Positions 12,669 to 23,667 are shown, counted from the stretch's first letter. The stretch is 25,457 nucleotides of DNA from Eledone cirrhosa (GCA_964016885.1 CAXHJY010001080.1:1-25457); one strand, 5' to 3'. Notes: a model not told the origin generated them from the sequence alone. Numbers and translations: made by a program.

Positions 12669-14015
12669 ATGTCCCTATTTATAATGGTCAAGTTAATAAT
12701 TTCGCCCTTTCCTCATTTATTGGTCTAATTTCAGGCCTACGCGTAGACAGAGCCGACATCTGATTATTTAGTTCCCTTGGCTAGCTCTACAACGTGTGCC
12801 CACGTCTCCTACTTATGTGCCCCATTCTCCCAAATAAAATTATTTCAACTTACACTTTAGTAAGTTGACAAACCTAGTTGTTGACACTTCTTGCTCTAAC
12901 CAAACAAAGATTATTATAGTAAGCCTGCATTTTCCAAATCAAAGTCCACATCCACCCACGGTAAATTACGTTACAGGTCATCGCTTTGGATTGCCACAAC
13001 GCTGCTTCACTGCAAAGATATTTAGCGACTTATTTCTTGGTCGCAGGAAATTATCATGTATTTAACTTAATTATACAAATAAGTATAAATCTGTGATTAT
13101 TTAAGGTTCAATAATGCGCTTCTCTGAAGTCTGCGCCCTAGGCTTTGTCTAGTTTCCTTTAATGGTAGCACCGACCTTGCGTATATCATGTGACTTGCGA
13201 GAAGTAGCGTGGAACCAGTATTTACTCTGCTAAAGAGAAATTAATGTTAAGTCATAGGCAGAAAAATCTGACGAAGTTTAAACAAGACATGAAACTCTTT
13301 CATGATTAGCCCTGATAACCAAATTGTTCATATACAATATATGAAAATATATCTAGCGTTATAAACATATTTATATCGATAAAACTTGTTTAGATTGGAT
13401 CTAGAATAATATTACATTTATGGAATTTTCAGTTTAGATAGTGTATCGTTAGTGGGGGAGAGTGTAATGCTGAGAGAATTTATAGCGAGGGAAAATGAAA
13501 GAAAGAAATAGTGAGAGAGAGAGGGGGGAGAAAGAAAGAGAGTAACAAGAAGAGTGAGAGATAATGTAGGGAGAGAAAATGGGAAAGAGACACATACTGG
13601 AGAGAGAGAGAGAGAGAGAGAGAGTAAACAATTACAAACACGACTATAAAACTTTCACTGGCTCAGTAATCTAGCTGCAAATAGACTCAATAATGAGGTG
13701 TGATAGGGACATCCTTATAAACCTCTGATTACCAAAGTGAGCGTTATCACCTCCTTGGGATCGTTGTAAGACTCAAGAGAGGTACTGGAATGTAAAAGAG
13801 GGAGGAAAGTGGCAAAGAATACAAATTGGTACTTGCTCGTAAAACTGTCAGCTTTTGTTATATAATAAATGCTTAAATTAAATAAAAAGAATAATTAAAA
13901 TTAAATTTTCTATTTATAGAAATTTTCTTTCGTCAAATTTGTGTAAGTGTGGGACTGCTGATAAAATATATTCTCTAAAAGGATGTGGTTGTCCGAAAAC
14001 TCAGGTATGTACAAC

Positions 14016-14172
14016 AGGCGGCCAATTGGCAGAGTTGTGTGAACGTCAGATAGAATGCTTTGTAGTATTCGTTCTAATTGTGTGCGTTCTGAGTTCAAAT
14101 CCCGCCGAGGTCAACTTTCCTGTTATCCTTTCCCGGTCGATAAAAAAGTATCAATCCAGTACTAGGATCGGT
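14016..14172 (+). mobile_element. Older SINE family B copy
   Basis: B-box GAGTTCAAATCCCGCCGAGGTCAACTTT...GGTCGATAAAA. Confidence 0.85.
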
Positions 14173-14398
14173 TCATCCTCTGTATATATCTTTCTCACAT
14201 CCTCTCTATCACTTTCATTCCCTTTCTCTGGAAGAAATTAGCTATGCTCAGACCTAGTTTTAAAATGGCTAAGAAATGCTGTTTGTCAACACTCCTACGA
14301 CTTCACCACAATATTGAACCACAATTTCAGTTATTGTGTGAAAATAAGCTATTACACCCATAGCATTGAAAGAACTCTTATTATTTGGGGAGGGGGGT

Positions 14399-14567
14399 TA
14401 GAGTTACGGTCCTTTACGGTCTGAGTTCAAATCCCGCCGAGTTTAACTTTGCCTTTCATCCTTACGGGGGTCGATAAAATAAAGTACCAGTAATGTACAG
14501 GAGTCGATTTAATCGACTTTCCCCTCCCCCCAAATTACTGGCCTTGTGCCTATACTAGAAATCATTA
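14399..14567 (+). mobile_element. 5'-truncated SINE family B copy between two G-runs
   Basis: Closely matches the reverse complement of 19288-19432, including the 3' end GGCCTTGTGCCTATACTAGAAATCATTA. Confidence 0.9.
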
Positions 14568-14933
14568 GGGGGGGGGGGGGATTTTAATGAAATTATTTAA
14601 TATTTATTTTTTTCTGTTTAATTCCTGCCAAGCTACTTAAGACTATTTCTGTACAGTATTTGTACGAATTGTCTTTACAACTCGAGTGAAGGGTCGCCAA
14701 GGAAAGAAACGTTTACACGACACAAAGGACGTTGTAATAGCGATGGAATAGGCAGAGCGAGAAGTGATTGCCTATATGAACAAGAGGTTGGAGTGTAATT
14801 CTTGAATGAGGAACCCCATAAAAGCACATTTTCTATGTTTTCTTTCTGATATTTGTTAGTATATGTACTTTAGTGGCATCATATAAATTAGGAGGAAGTA
14901 AAAAAACAAAACTGAGGAACAGCTGTAGCTTAC

Positions 14934-15132
14934 CATTATTGCTTTCTCTTGGCCCACTTTGCAAGATTTTGAGGCCAGCATTGAACGTTGATAAAACATC
15001 GCACAGACATACAGATCTCCCCAAAATACATGAAAATAATGTCAATATGGCGTCATTTACGTATTCACGTGACACTCTTGTTTTTATAGCAACAAATGGA
15101 ATATAGCAGTGAAAAATAGAAAAATATCAAGT
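14934..15132 (-). other. Candidate exon, probably 5'UTR or first exon
   Basis: Minus-strand acceptor TTTCTCCTACACACACAG| (AG at 15134-15133) and strong donor ATG|GTAAGC (GT at 14933-14932). Stops occur in all three frames across the full exon. A possible terminal ORF, MFYQRSMLASKSCKVGQEKAIM, ends in phase 0. Confidence 0.35.
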
Positions 15133-15213
15133 CTGTGTGTGTAGGAGAAAATGTGTATGTGTATCTATCTGTCTGTGTTTATACAGTAACACCACATCTT
15201 CACATCACGTGAC
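15044..15213. promoter_or_regulatory. Cluster of YY1-like, CRE half-site and two E-box (USF/MiT-TFE type) motifs
   Basis: AATATGGCG at 15044-15052; CGTCA at 15051-15055; TCACGTGAC at 15065-15073 and 15205-15213. Confidence 0.35.
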
Positions 15214-15540
15214 CATGCACCTGGTTACCAAATTATTATATATTTCCCCTACCAAATCACCATAAAGTCTAGGTTTTAAATGAAGAACTACTAAATGCAT
15301 TTAGGTTACACAATCCGAAAATCTATATGGCCCCACCCCCTCAAATTATATTTGGGGCAGGAGTGACGGTAGACGTGGTAGAGAAAATAGAGCACAGTGG
15401 TGGTGGCACTATTGGTGTTCGTATTAATGGCGGTGGTTAGAGTTGGTAAAAGCGACAAGCGTGAAGATGTTGGAAGTGGTGGTGATATCATAGGCCGGGT
15501 GGGGATTATTAATTTTGATGATGGCATTACTGACAATGAT

Positions 15541-15942
15541 TGTGAACGCACGTGGCTTAGTGAAGAAGGTGTTCGGCTCAAGTCGTAAGGTCGTGAGTTA
15601 GATTACCAGCGGCGTATTATATCTTTGAATAAGACACCCTATTTCACGTTGCCTTAGTCGACACTGCAATTCAAAAAGCAAGCTTTGTTATCTACTGTGT
15701 CACACTGAACTTCCCCAAACCTCTCAACTCACCCCGACCGACGGCGAGATCTCTCACCCACTTTAGGATGAATGAGAGAGGCCTAGTTTTCATTATACAT
15801 ATCCCCCAATTTTGCCTCATTTCTCCCCGTTTTGGGGCACTCTTTTTTCATGGTACTCCCCGTTTGGGTCTTTAGGGGTTGGCAGGTTTGCCTCTCCAAA
15901 ATCTACGTTAGTAGTACATGAATCTATGGAGAGTTCAGTAAC
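15541..15942 (+). mobile_element. SINE family A copy split by a MITE
   Basis: Head GTGGCTTAGTG...GGTGTTCGGCT...GTCGTGAGTT runs to GTGTCACACTGAACTTCCC (15715). It resumes after 15890 with CTACGTTA...ATCTATGGAGAGTTCAG, collinear with the copy at 18988-19286. Confidence 0.8.
15716..15890. mobile_element. 175-bp MITE, possibly hAT
   Basis: 13-bp TIRs CAAACCTCTCAAC / GTTGGCAGGTTTG (11/13 match), with subterminal TCCCCGTTT repeats. It interrupts a SINE. The TSD is decayed and not clearly recognisable. Confidence 0.7.
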
Positions 15943-16173
15943 AGGAACACTTGTCATCGGAACCGACAGAAGGTTCAACAACATTAGTGAGAATAAAAGT
16001 AACATCAGGAAACCCCGAAGAATTCTTTTTCTATGTGGCATATATAATATACATAGAAGTCAGCTTGGCAGAGTCTATTTCTCTATCTCTCTCCAATTTA
16101 CACCAAGATTATACCAGATGTGTAGTTAAATTCAGCATTGAATCTTGCTAAAGAAGCATTTGTCAATGTTATA

Positions 16174-16300
16174 GCGCATGTATGTCTGTATAGTTAAGGA
16201 GTTCGCTTCGCAACCACAGATTTTCAGGTTCAGTTCCACTATAGTTTGGGGTTGACTAAAAATAACTTGTCAAATTAGTGAAATCTGCGGAAGCCCGTTA
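16174..16300 (+). mobile_element. Decayed tRNA-derived SINE, third family
   Basis: GTTAAGGAGTTCGCTTCGCAACCAC...GGTTCAGTTCCACT...GAAGCCCGT followed by a TA/TG tail; resembles a common octopus SINE as recalled. Confidence 0.55.
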
Positions 16301-16331
16301 TATATATGTGTCTGTGTGTGTGTGTAAGTGT

Positions 16332-16534
16332 ATACGTATTTCAGTGTACAGTCGTTGTGCAATCATTACTGGTGCATCCTGCACCGGTGTGACATCATCA
16401 GGTATTAACATAGTTACGCCAAGAAGTTGATATGCCACATAATTATGTTAACGTTTGATGATGTCCCACCGGTGCCGGTTGCTGTTGTAATGATTGCATA
16501 AATGGTGTACATTGATGTCACCAAAATACGTATT
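16332..16534. mobile_element. Fold-back (palindromic) MITE-like element
   Basis: Arms 16341-16418 and 16438-16515 are ungapped inverted repeats (59/78 identical) around a 19-nt loop. ATACGTATT occurs on both flanks. Confidence 0.8.
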
Positions 16535-16649
16535 GTGCAATAAATACGATTATGTAACATCTGTCTTAACGTTAGTTAAGACAGATGAAACTCCGTCGCG
16601 TTTGATCGCCATCGTAGTGGATTAGTTACACAGTAGTAAGCAAGTATAT

Positions 16650-16882
<233 letters not shown>

Positions 16883-17467
16883 TATCCCTTCATGTTAGAA
16901 AGACTGGGAATCTTAACGAACAATTCATAACGTGTTGAGATGGAACTAATTTTTTTTATAAAGTATTACAATATGTTTCGTTGCTAAATTTTCCACACAA
17001 AAAAAAAATCATTCTGAAGTATTTTTTCCAAATATAGAATCTACCCCTCCACCAACGGAAATAACTTATTTAATTTATCCCTCACAGCAGACTGTAACTG
17101 CTGTTGGTTTATTCATTGCAATATGTCTTTTAATTTTAATTTTATTTTGTCATTGGAACCAGATTGACAGATGTTAATTTCAAGTAACAGTGGTAATGCG
17201 CAGTGGGTTTTAGAGATACAAGATTAAATTAAGTGCAGAAAACAGCAGCAGCAATTCACTTGCTCCTACATTTCTTTAAAAAGCTGTCTTCTCTGATGAT
17301 AACTGTTGGATCTACGTCGCTTCCGTTGATGAATCTTCCAGTTGCTTGATTTGATCCGACTGGGGAGCTTGCTCCTGAAATTAACGTGTAACTGACTGAT
17401 AGAGAATTACAAAGACACGTATACACTTAATATTGTTCTCAGACAGAATCAGTGTAACACTGTGTAT

Positions 17468-17849
17468 CAGAGGTGACCAACCCTTCGGTCCTCGCGGACC
17501 ACTAGTTTCATAATTTTAAATCCCGTGGACCACTAATATGAATTTTTTTAAAAAGATAAATACATTTGTAAAATAATTACCCCAGTGCCTTACTGGTACT
17601 TTATTTTATCGAGCCCGTAAGGATGAAAGGCAAAGTTAACCTCAGCGGGATTTGAACTCAGAACGTAAAGGGCCATAAATCTATACTGCAAAGCATGGTG
17701 TCTGACGCTCTACCGATATTGCCAATCCACCGCCTTTGTAAAATAATGATCAGAGAACTTCCATTTTATTGATATGAAATGCACCTATTAAATATAACAA
17801 AATTATAAATGCCATCAATTGTCCGCGAAACACCGACTGGCGACCGCTG
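17468..17849. mobile_element. hAT-type MITE with 8-bp TSD
   Basis: Ends CAGAGGTGACCAACC...CGCGGAC and GTCCGCG...TGGCGACCGCTG are inverted repeats. Flanks are CTGTGTAT (17460-17467) and CTGTGTCT (17850-17857). Confidence 0.85.
17578..17734 (-). mobile_element. SINE family B inserted in the hAT MITE
   Basis: Family B core, with a perfect 13-bp TSD TTTGTAAAATAAT at 17565-17577 and 17735-17747. Confidence 0.92.
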
Positions 17850-18039
17850 CTGTGTCTGACAAACTTGTCTTTTTTAATAACAGATGCAGTCCAACCGACA
17901 GGAATAGTACTAATTACCTTACGATCATGGGTCGAACACATTAACTACTGAGACACACTGTTTCATTATTAAAACTTAGATCGGCCTTCACTACCAAGTT
18001 ACATAACTCTTTTTTCATTTGAGCAAGTTAAGTTATTTA

Positions 18040-18375
18040 TCTGGTTACACTTTCTCCAGTTTCAACCTCACCATTTCAGTCATAATCCCATGCGCCGCCC
18101 ACCACATGGCAGAGGAGGGAATGATAACTAAATACTATGCATCCACTGGCTCTTTCCTTTTTGTGCTGGTGTCCTCCTCGATTCTCGGACTGCTATTTAC
18201 TTCGCCTAATCGAGTGGAAGGAATCACACGTGAGGTAGGAAACTCGTTAGGTTGACTGGCTGATCACTGGCTAATTTCCGCGGCAATGCTGTCCCTATCT
18301 TGTCGACGGAATTCAGCCGCTAAGCGCATCTCCCTTACCATCCTCCGAGGAAACGCCTTCTCCATTCTGTGGGGA
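18040..18375 (+). mobile_element. Decayed CRE-clade non-LTR retrotransposon, C-terminus of the RLE domain
   Basis: One frame with a single stop: AAHHMAEEGMITKYYASTGSFLFVLVSSSILG...ITREVGNSLG*...KRISLTILRGNAFSILWG. This matches the CRE pattern AA..AE..K..KY..L...F.P.A.ET.G...E.GRR...QR.S.A.QRGNA.S..G. Confidence 0.75.
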
Positions 18376-18987
18376 GGCCAGCACATGGGACCCCATTTGT
18401 TCACCATACGGAGAGATGGGGAGAGCGAGAGAGATGGAGGCGGTGACGGTGGGAGTTCGGCTCTTCCACGTTCGGCCCTGCCACTTGCTCGTTAATTTCA
18501 CGAGTAGGGTATCCTGAAATATGTTTTACTGCATGAGATTATATGTCACTTCGTCTAGATTCATTAGATATTGTAGTTAAATATTTTGAGATTAACATAT
18601 AAAAGAATCGACTATAAACGTTTACTACGATAAGCGATTAGTGGAACGAAATTTCGAACGAAATATTGTCAACAGATATATGAGACAAACAACTAATTGT
18701 ATTAATATTAACTGGTTTTCAAATAGATTTTGCTAAATATCCATAAAAAATACCAACCAGCTAAGGGTGTACAGTTTGTTTCTTCCCTCATTCAACTTTT
18801 TTTATTTTTCATTTTTTTCTCTATTTTTCATTTTTGTTAATTATATAAAATGTACTAATATATATTTCAAGAAATATTACTTCGTTTCTTACAAAAGACA
18901 GATCACAAATAGTATGTGATAGATGTATTCCATTGATTGTAGTGCTTAAGTATAATCGATTGCCTTTGGACCTCCGTCGATTCCGAT

Positions 18988-19286
18988 GACACGTCTTCCA
19001 GTCATTCGAGCAACCGAAAAGCCTGCCCGAGGAATTAACGTGCAAGTGGCTGAGCAATCCACAGATGAGTGCCTTTAACGTAGTTCTCAGTAAGATTCAG
19101 TGTGACACAATGTGTGACAAAGCTGGGCTCTGAATTATAGATACAACTCATTTTTGCCAACTGAGTGAACTGAAGCAACGTCAAATAAAGTGTCTTGCTC
19201 AAGGCCACAACTCACCACCGGCAATCGAACTTACGACTTTACGATCATCAGCCGAACACCCTAATCACTACAATATGCGCCTTCAC
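18988..19286 (-). mobile_element. Near full-length SINE family A (tRNA head plus CORE-like domain)
   Basis: The reverse complement has an A-box-like TAGTGATTAGG, a B-box GTTCGATTGCC and the CORE-like TTGTGGCCTTGAGCAAGACACTTTA...CACTCAGTTGGCAAAAATG. Confidence 0.9.
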
Positions 19287-19287
19287 A

Positions 19288-19533
19288 AATAATGATTTCT
19301 AGTATAGGCACAAGGCCAGTAATTTTGGGGGAGAGGAAAGTCGATTAAACCAACCCAGTACATTACTGGTACTTTATTTTATCGACCCCGTAAGGAGGAA
19401 AGGCAAAGTTAACCTCGGCGGCATATGAACTCAGGGCCGTAAATCGCGGGATGTGAACCGTAAAGGGCCGTAACTCTATGTTGCAAAGCATGGTGTCCTA
19501 TTCTCTACCGATACTGCCAATCCACCTTCGCCT
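19288..19533 (-). mobile_element. Full-length SINE family B directly abutting the head of the family A copy
   Basis: Family B core and tail, with an extra internally duplicated ~25-nt segment at ~19434-19458. Confidence 0.9.
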
Positions 19534-19921
19534 TCTGAATAAAGATCTGAAGAAAATTGGATTTGAGACATCAGCCATAGCTGTACAAAATAGACTGGGG
19601 GAAACAACATAGTTTAATAATATAAAGGAGGTCAATTCAATGAAAACTGTTCTTTCTTTTTTCTAAAGCGGATACGGGATAATTAGTTATTAATTCAATA
19701 AGAGATGGGGTGTAATATTTCTTTCTATAAACCATTGAGAAACGGCAGTGTTAATATTTCTTGATACATTAATACGCTACCTAGCTTGTTTGTACTGGTG
19801 ATAACAGAGAAGGGGAGATGCTAGTTTGTCTTTTTATTTTAGAAAATTAGTTACTAACAAAGGGAGTTAATCTAATATGTATGAGTGCGACGGGGTTTAT
19901 TTTAAAGTCTTGATCTAAGAC

Positions 19922-20076
19922 TAGGCGACGAATTGGTAGTCATTAGAACCTTGAATGGAATGCTTTGTGGTTTTCGTTCCAGCTGTCTGTGGTCTGAGTT
20001 AAAATGCCACCACATTTGCGTTTCGTCCTTTCGAGGTCGATAAATAAATAAAGTACCAGTCAGGTACTGAGGTTGA
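19922..20076 (+). mobile_element. Older SINE family B copy
   Basis: CTGAGTTAAAAT...TCCTTTCGAGGTCGATAAAT...AAAGTACCAGT. Confidence 0.8.
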
Positions 20077-20499
20077 TTATCTTTCTATATATTTTTCCAC
20101 TTCTTCTCTCTTGCCATCACTCTCTATTTCTCTGCAATAAATCGGTTATGTTCAGTCCATAAGAGGGATATGTTCCTCCGGGTTTAAAGACCTAAGATTA
20201 TATAGTGCACCTACGACTTCATCAGGTGTTAGATCTAACAGTATAGTTATAAAGGAAATTGTGTTACGCTTTTTTTGAGTTATTTTCTTTTAATGCAAGA
20301 TTTGAGTTTTCTCTCGTTTGGCATGCGAAGATCAAAACATCACTTGAAATGTCAAAATGAAGAAGTCATCTGACTTGTTTTATTCTTGTAAGATGGACCT
20401 CAGCAACTAGAGATTAGAAAAATACAGTGATGGTTGGCACAATTCAGTGCGCTTTTCGTCAACCAGTACCATTCTCAATTCATCTGAGTTTCCTTTGGT

Positions 20500-21005
20500 G
20501 TTAACCTCTGCATGTGTGGACTATCTAAATACCCAGGGGAACAACTGGTGACGAGTAAAGATAACATCCGCTAATTCGTCGTTTCAGCACTAGACATTTT
20601 CTCTTATGATGTCATTCAAAGGAGCCTCAATACCGCGAGTTTCCCATCACATCTGGAGCCTGTCTACTGGGACCGCAACGATGGTTGGCGCTCGGACGAG
20701 ATAACTCTTTTACCTTTTGAGAGAGGCTTGTCATTCTGGGTATACAGCACATGTTGTGGCTCTTTCTCTGGCGCCAGCCTTGTCATATCGGTCACTAACC
20801 TGGGAAGTGACCACCCACAGCACAGGCGCAGAATATTACAAAAACATACCAGATACATTCCATTTTGTACCTATAAACCTCCGATATTCGCGGCCTCCGG
20901 ATTGCCACTTTCCTCCGTCAAATCGGAAAGAGGGCATCAGGTCCGAGGAAAGAACCGTGTAAGGTGGAATGGCTGATGCAATGGATATCGGTGGCTGTTC
21001 TTCAT
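20500..21005 (+). mobile_element. Decayed CRE-clade retrotransposon fragment (zinc-knuckle remnant plus RLE domain), frameshifted
   Basis: Stitched translation: LCMCG...RFSTRHF / YDVIQRSLNTASFPSHLEPVYWDRNDGWRSDEITLLPFERGLSFWVYSTCCGSF...NLGS / YYKNIPDTFHFVPI / ATFLRQIGKRASGPRKEPCKVEWLMQWISVAVL. It follows the CRE motif order RH..LND.I.RAL..A..PS.LEP.GL.R.DGKRPDG.T..PW..G..L.WD.TC...F.PI...FL..IG.R...WL.QRISVA. Confidence 0.85.
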
Positions 21006-21069
21006 TTTTCTGTTCTTTTATTGTCTTTGCGTTTTGTTTTGTTTTTAATTTCTGATCCTGCAGGCCTGG

Positions 21070-21161
21070 TTAGTGAAGAGGGTGATCTTTGGATACCTTG
21101 TTGGATGGAAAACAAAATCCATCTAAAGGCGAAGGAACTTATGAAAGCCAACAACTATCCA
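21070..21161 (+). repeat. Fragment of the same repeat as 3200-3385
   Basis: Collinear similarity to the reverse complement of 3231-3321. Confidence 0.65.
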
Positions 21162-21174
21162 ATAGTGTGTATAT

Positions 21175-21468
21175 CTAAAAGTCTAAAGTCTGTCTTAAGT
21201 CAGAAGGCTCATTTGGCCGGTGCTTATCCTGGTTTCATGGAGTGAAGCGACTGAGAGTACAAGACCCCCCCCCCCCCACTGGACAGGACGCCAGTCTATC
21301 GCAAGGTTAAATCCCCAGCTATTGCTGGTACTCATTTTCAGCTGAGTATAGTGGAGCAACGTCAAATCAAGTGTTTTGCTCAAGAACACAACACGCAACC
21401 CAGGAATCGAACCCATGATATTATGATCGTACGTCTAACACCCTTACCACTAGGCTATGTGCCGCCAC
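21175..21468 (-). mobile_element. Full-length SINE with family A head/CORE but a different 3' half; 11-bp TSD
   Basis: Head TAGCCTAGTGGTAAGG...GGTTCGATTCC; tail of (AGACTTT)-like repeats. AGTGTGTATAT occurs at 21164-21174 and 21469-21479. Confidence 0.9.
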
Positions 21469-21502
21469 AGTGTGTATATATGCTTGTACATATATGATTA
21501 AG

Positions 21503-21890
21503 TACCTTGTTGTGGTGGAGTGGCTTGTGTACTCTTTTGATCCGGAGGGCTATGCCGAAGGTAGTCTAACTATTAGCAAGTTCAATTGTACCAGACAGGC
21601 AGAAGGGTAGGAGTCAGATTAACCTTAATCGTTAGAGAAGTATACTTCAATGATAAAAAATCCCACCATGAGGTGACATCAGCAAATGAACTAGAGTTGA
21701 GTCAAAGGTGGTTCCATGCTAGATGCTGAGCGGAATAATGTTATGTCAACTGTCAGGATCAAAAGATTTCATTACGTGAAAGACTGAGCATGAAATGTCG
21801 AGTGGCACCGGATGCATGTATCAATGCGCAATTGAAACTCGAAATTCAACAATGTTCAACTTAGCGTCAGAGTTCACTTGGCAACATAGA
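21503..21890 (+). mobile_element. RTE-clade LINE 5' fragment (5'UTR plus decayed start of the AP endonuclease)
   Basis: CCTTGTTGTGGTGGAGTGGCTTGTGT...TGATCC...GCTATGCCG resembles the RTE (Expander/BovB-type) 5' end as recalled. Downstream A*NV (cf. TWNV) at ~21788 and LASEFTW (cf. LSE.RW) at ~21861. Confidence 0.6.
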
Positions 21891-21893
21891 TCA

Positions 21894-21898
<5 letters not shown>

Positions 21899-21970
<72 letters not shown>

Positions 21971-21993
21971 CCCTCTCTCTCTCTTCCTCTCCT

Positions 21994-22026
<33 letters not shown>

Positions 22027-22054
22027 TCCCCCCTCTCTCTCTCTTCCTCTCCCC

Positions 22055-22093
<39 letters not shown>

Positions 22094-22110
22094 CCTCTCT
22101 CTCTCTCTTC

Positions 22111-22203
<93 letters not shown>

Positions 22204-22211
22204 CTCTCTCT
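21899..22211. repeat. (CT)n-derived pure polypyrimidine tract, ~310 bp
   Basis: Direct reading. Confidence 0.98.
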
Positions 22212-22425
22212 GTAAATAATACGAGTACCAGTCTAATTCCGGCTTGATTGTACTTGTGAGTGCAAATAGGATAAGTAAATTAAGAAAAAAGAGAAGGTAT
22301 ATATTGCAGGATGCGGATGCCCGCAATATATATCCATCCGTTTAACGACACTATATATTTAAACCACACGGTTCTAAATATTTACTCGTCCGTTTTCTTT
22401 CTCCTTTTCACTCAAGCAGAAATTA

Positions 22426-22461
<36 letters not shown>

Positions 22462-22482
22462 GTATGTATATATATATATATA

Positions 22483-23029
22483 GTTGAAAATGAACGAACA
22501 AAACACAGGAAGAAATAATTGTATACAGTTATATTAGGTTCACGCTTGGTGGAAGTGGAGAAAGCAACCCACGGGATAAATAAAGGGCATTGAAAACCTA
22601 TAGACTATGGACAGAGGGAGATTTTCTGCTCGACAGCTATCTACTGAGTGTCTTTGTAGTTTCAGATGCTATAACAGTATACCCTTTCAGCACATCAAAA
22701 GCTCTAATAAAAAAGGCAGAGCTATTCGGGATAGAAATAGAACAGATACAATACAAGTAATAACGGTACAGTTCGGGATTTATGTACAAGCCAAAAATTG
22801 TACATAGCGATATAGGACAGGAAAACGCCTAAAATAAAAGGCAGGGAAAGCACCACAAACATATGTGACGATAAGTAACTGTTGGAGAAAGAGAAAGTTT
22901 ATTACAAATGAGTTCAAGCGAACCAGAATTTTTTTGAAAATGCCTATTACCCACTCTACTACCCTAAGTATTGAGTACTCTGGTGCGTTATGGTCCACCT
23001 GGTTCTTTACCACAACTCCTTTGTTATAT

Positions 23030-23033
<4 letters not shown>
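22483..23033 (+). mobile_element. Probable decayed Penelope-like element (GIY-YIG C-terminal remnant) within a TA microsatellite
   Basis: RYNTSNNGTVRDLCTSQKLYI / SDIGQENA*NKRQ resembles the PLE motif Y....C.LC..EK..I....LNKR.E. Bounded by (TA)n on both sides. Confidence 0.45.
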
Positions 23034-23099
<66 letters not shown>

Positions 23100-23100
23100 C
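23034..23100. repeat. (TA)n microsatellite
   Basis: Direct reading. Confidence 0.97.
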
Positions 23101-23423
23101 TAGTATAATACCCATGAAAATTGACGAGTGTAAAGAAAAATATTTAATCTAATAATTTCTTAATTATATCAGTCATCACCACTAAATGATGAGAGACCAT
23201 TAATAGAAGTTTCGGGATGGGTCAGTCGTAAAAAAAGTCGAGCTTATTTTTATTGATTACCCCTTCATTCTAAAAATCTTAGCCTTCACTGACCGCTACT
23301 ATGACCGCCAGTGTTACCATTACCACCAGTGCCATCAGCAATAGCAGCCTTACTACTAATATCACCTGTCTTTCATATATCTATTGTCAATTGTCTTACA
23401 AATAGTCCTCGTAGTTATCCACT

Positions 23424-23520
23424 TTCTTCTTCTTCTTCCCCCTTCTTCTTCTTCTTCTTCTTCTTCTTCTTCTTCTTCTTCTTTTTCTTCTTCTTCTTCT
23501 TCTTCTTCAGCAGCAGCAAC

Positions 23521-23569
<49 letters not shown>

Positions 23570-23575
23570 ATAGTA
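23424..23575. repeat. Compound (TTC)n-(CAG)-(AGT)n microsatellite
   Basis: Direct reading. Confidence 0.97.
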
Positions 23576-23667
23576 AGAACTTTTTTTTTCGGAAGGGTGT
23601 AAACTATGTAACAATTTCCTAGACACATATTTCTTGTATTTTATTATATAGATATATGTGTGCACGC

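Larger units (their letters stand above)
17335..17958 (-). mobile_element. SINE family A, host of a nested insertion
   Basis: The 3' part (17335-17467; TGAAATTAACGTG...GTTCTCAG...AATCAGTGT.ACAC) and the head (17850-17958; CTTACGATCAT...CGAACAC) match 18988-19286. Confidence 0.75.

Noticed and set aside
15817-16041. 74-aa ORF with a signal-peptide-like N-terminus
   Set aside because: It runs antisense through a SINE remnant and into a MITE; most likely a chance ORF.
19215-19286. tRNA genes at SINE heads
   Set aside because: A/B boxes are present, but they continue into SINE bodies and give no clean cloverleaf.
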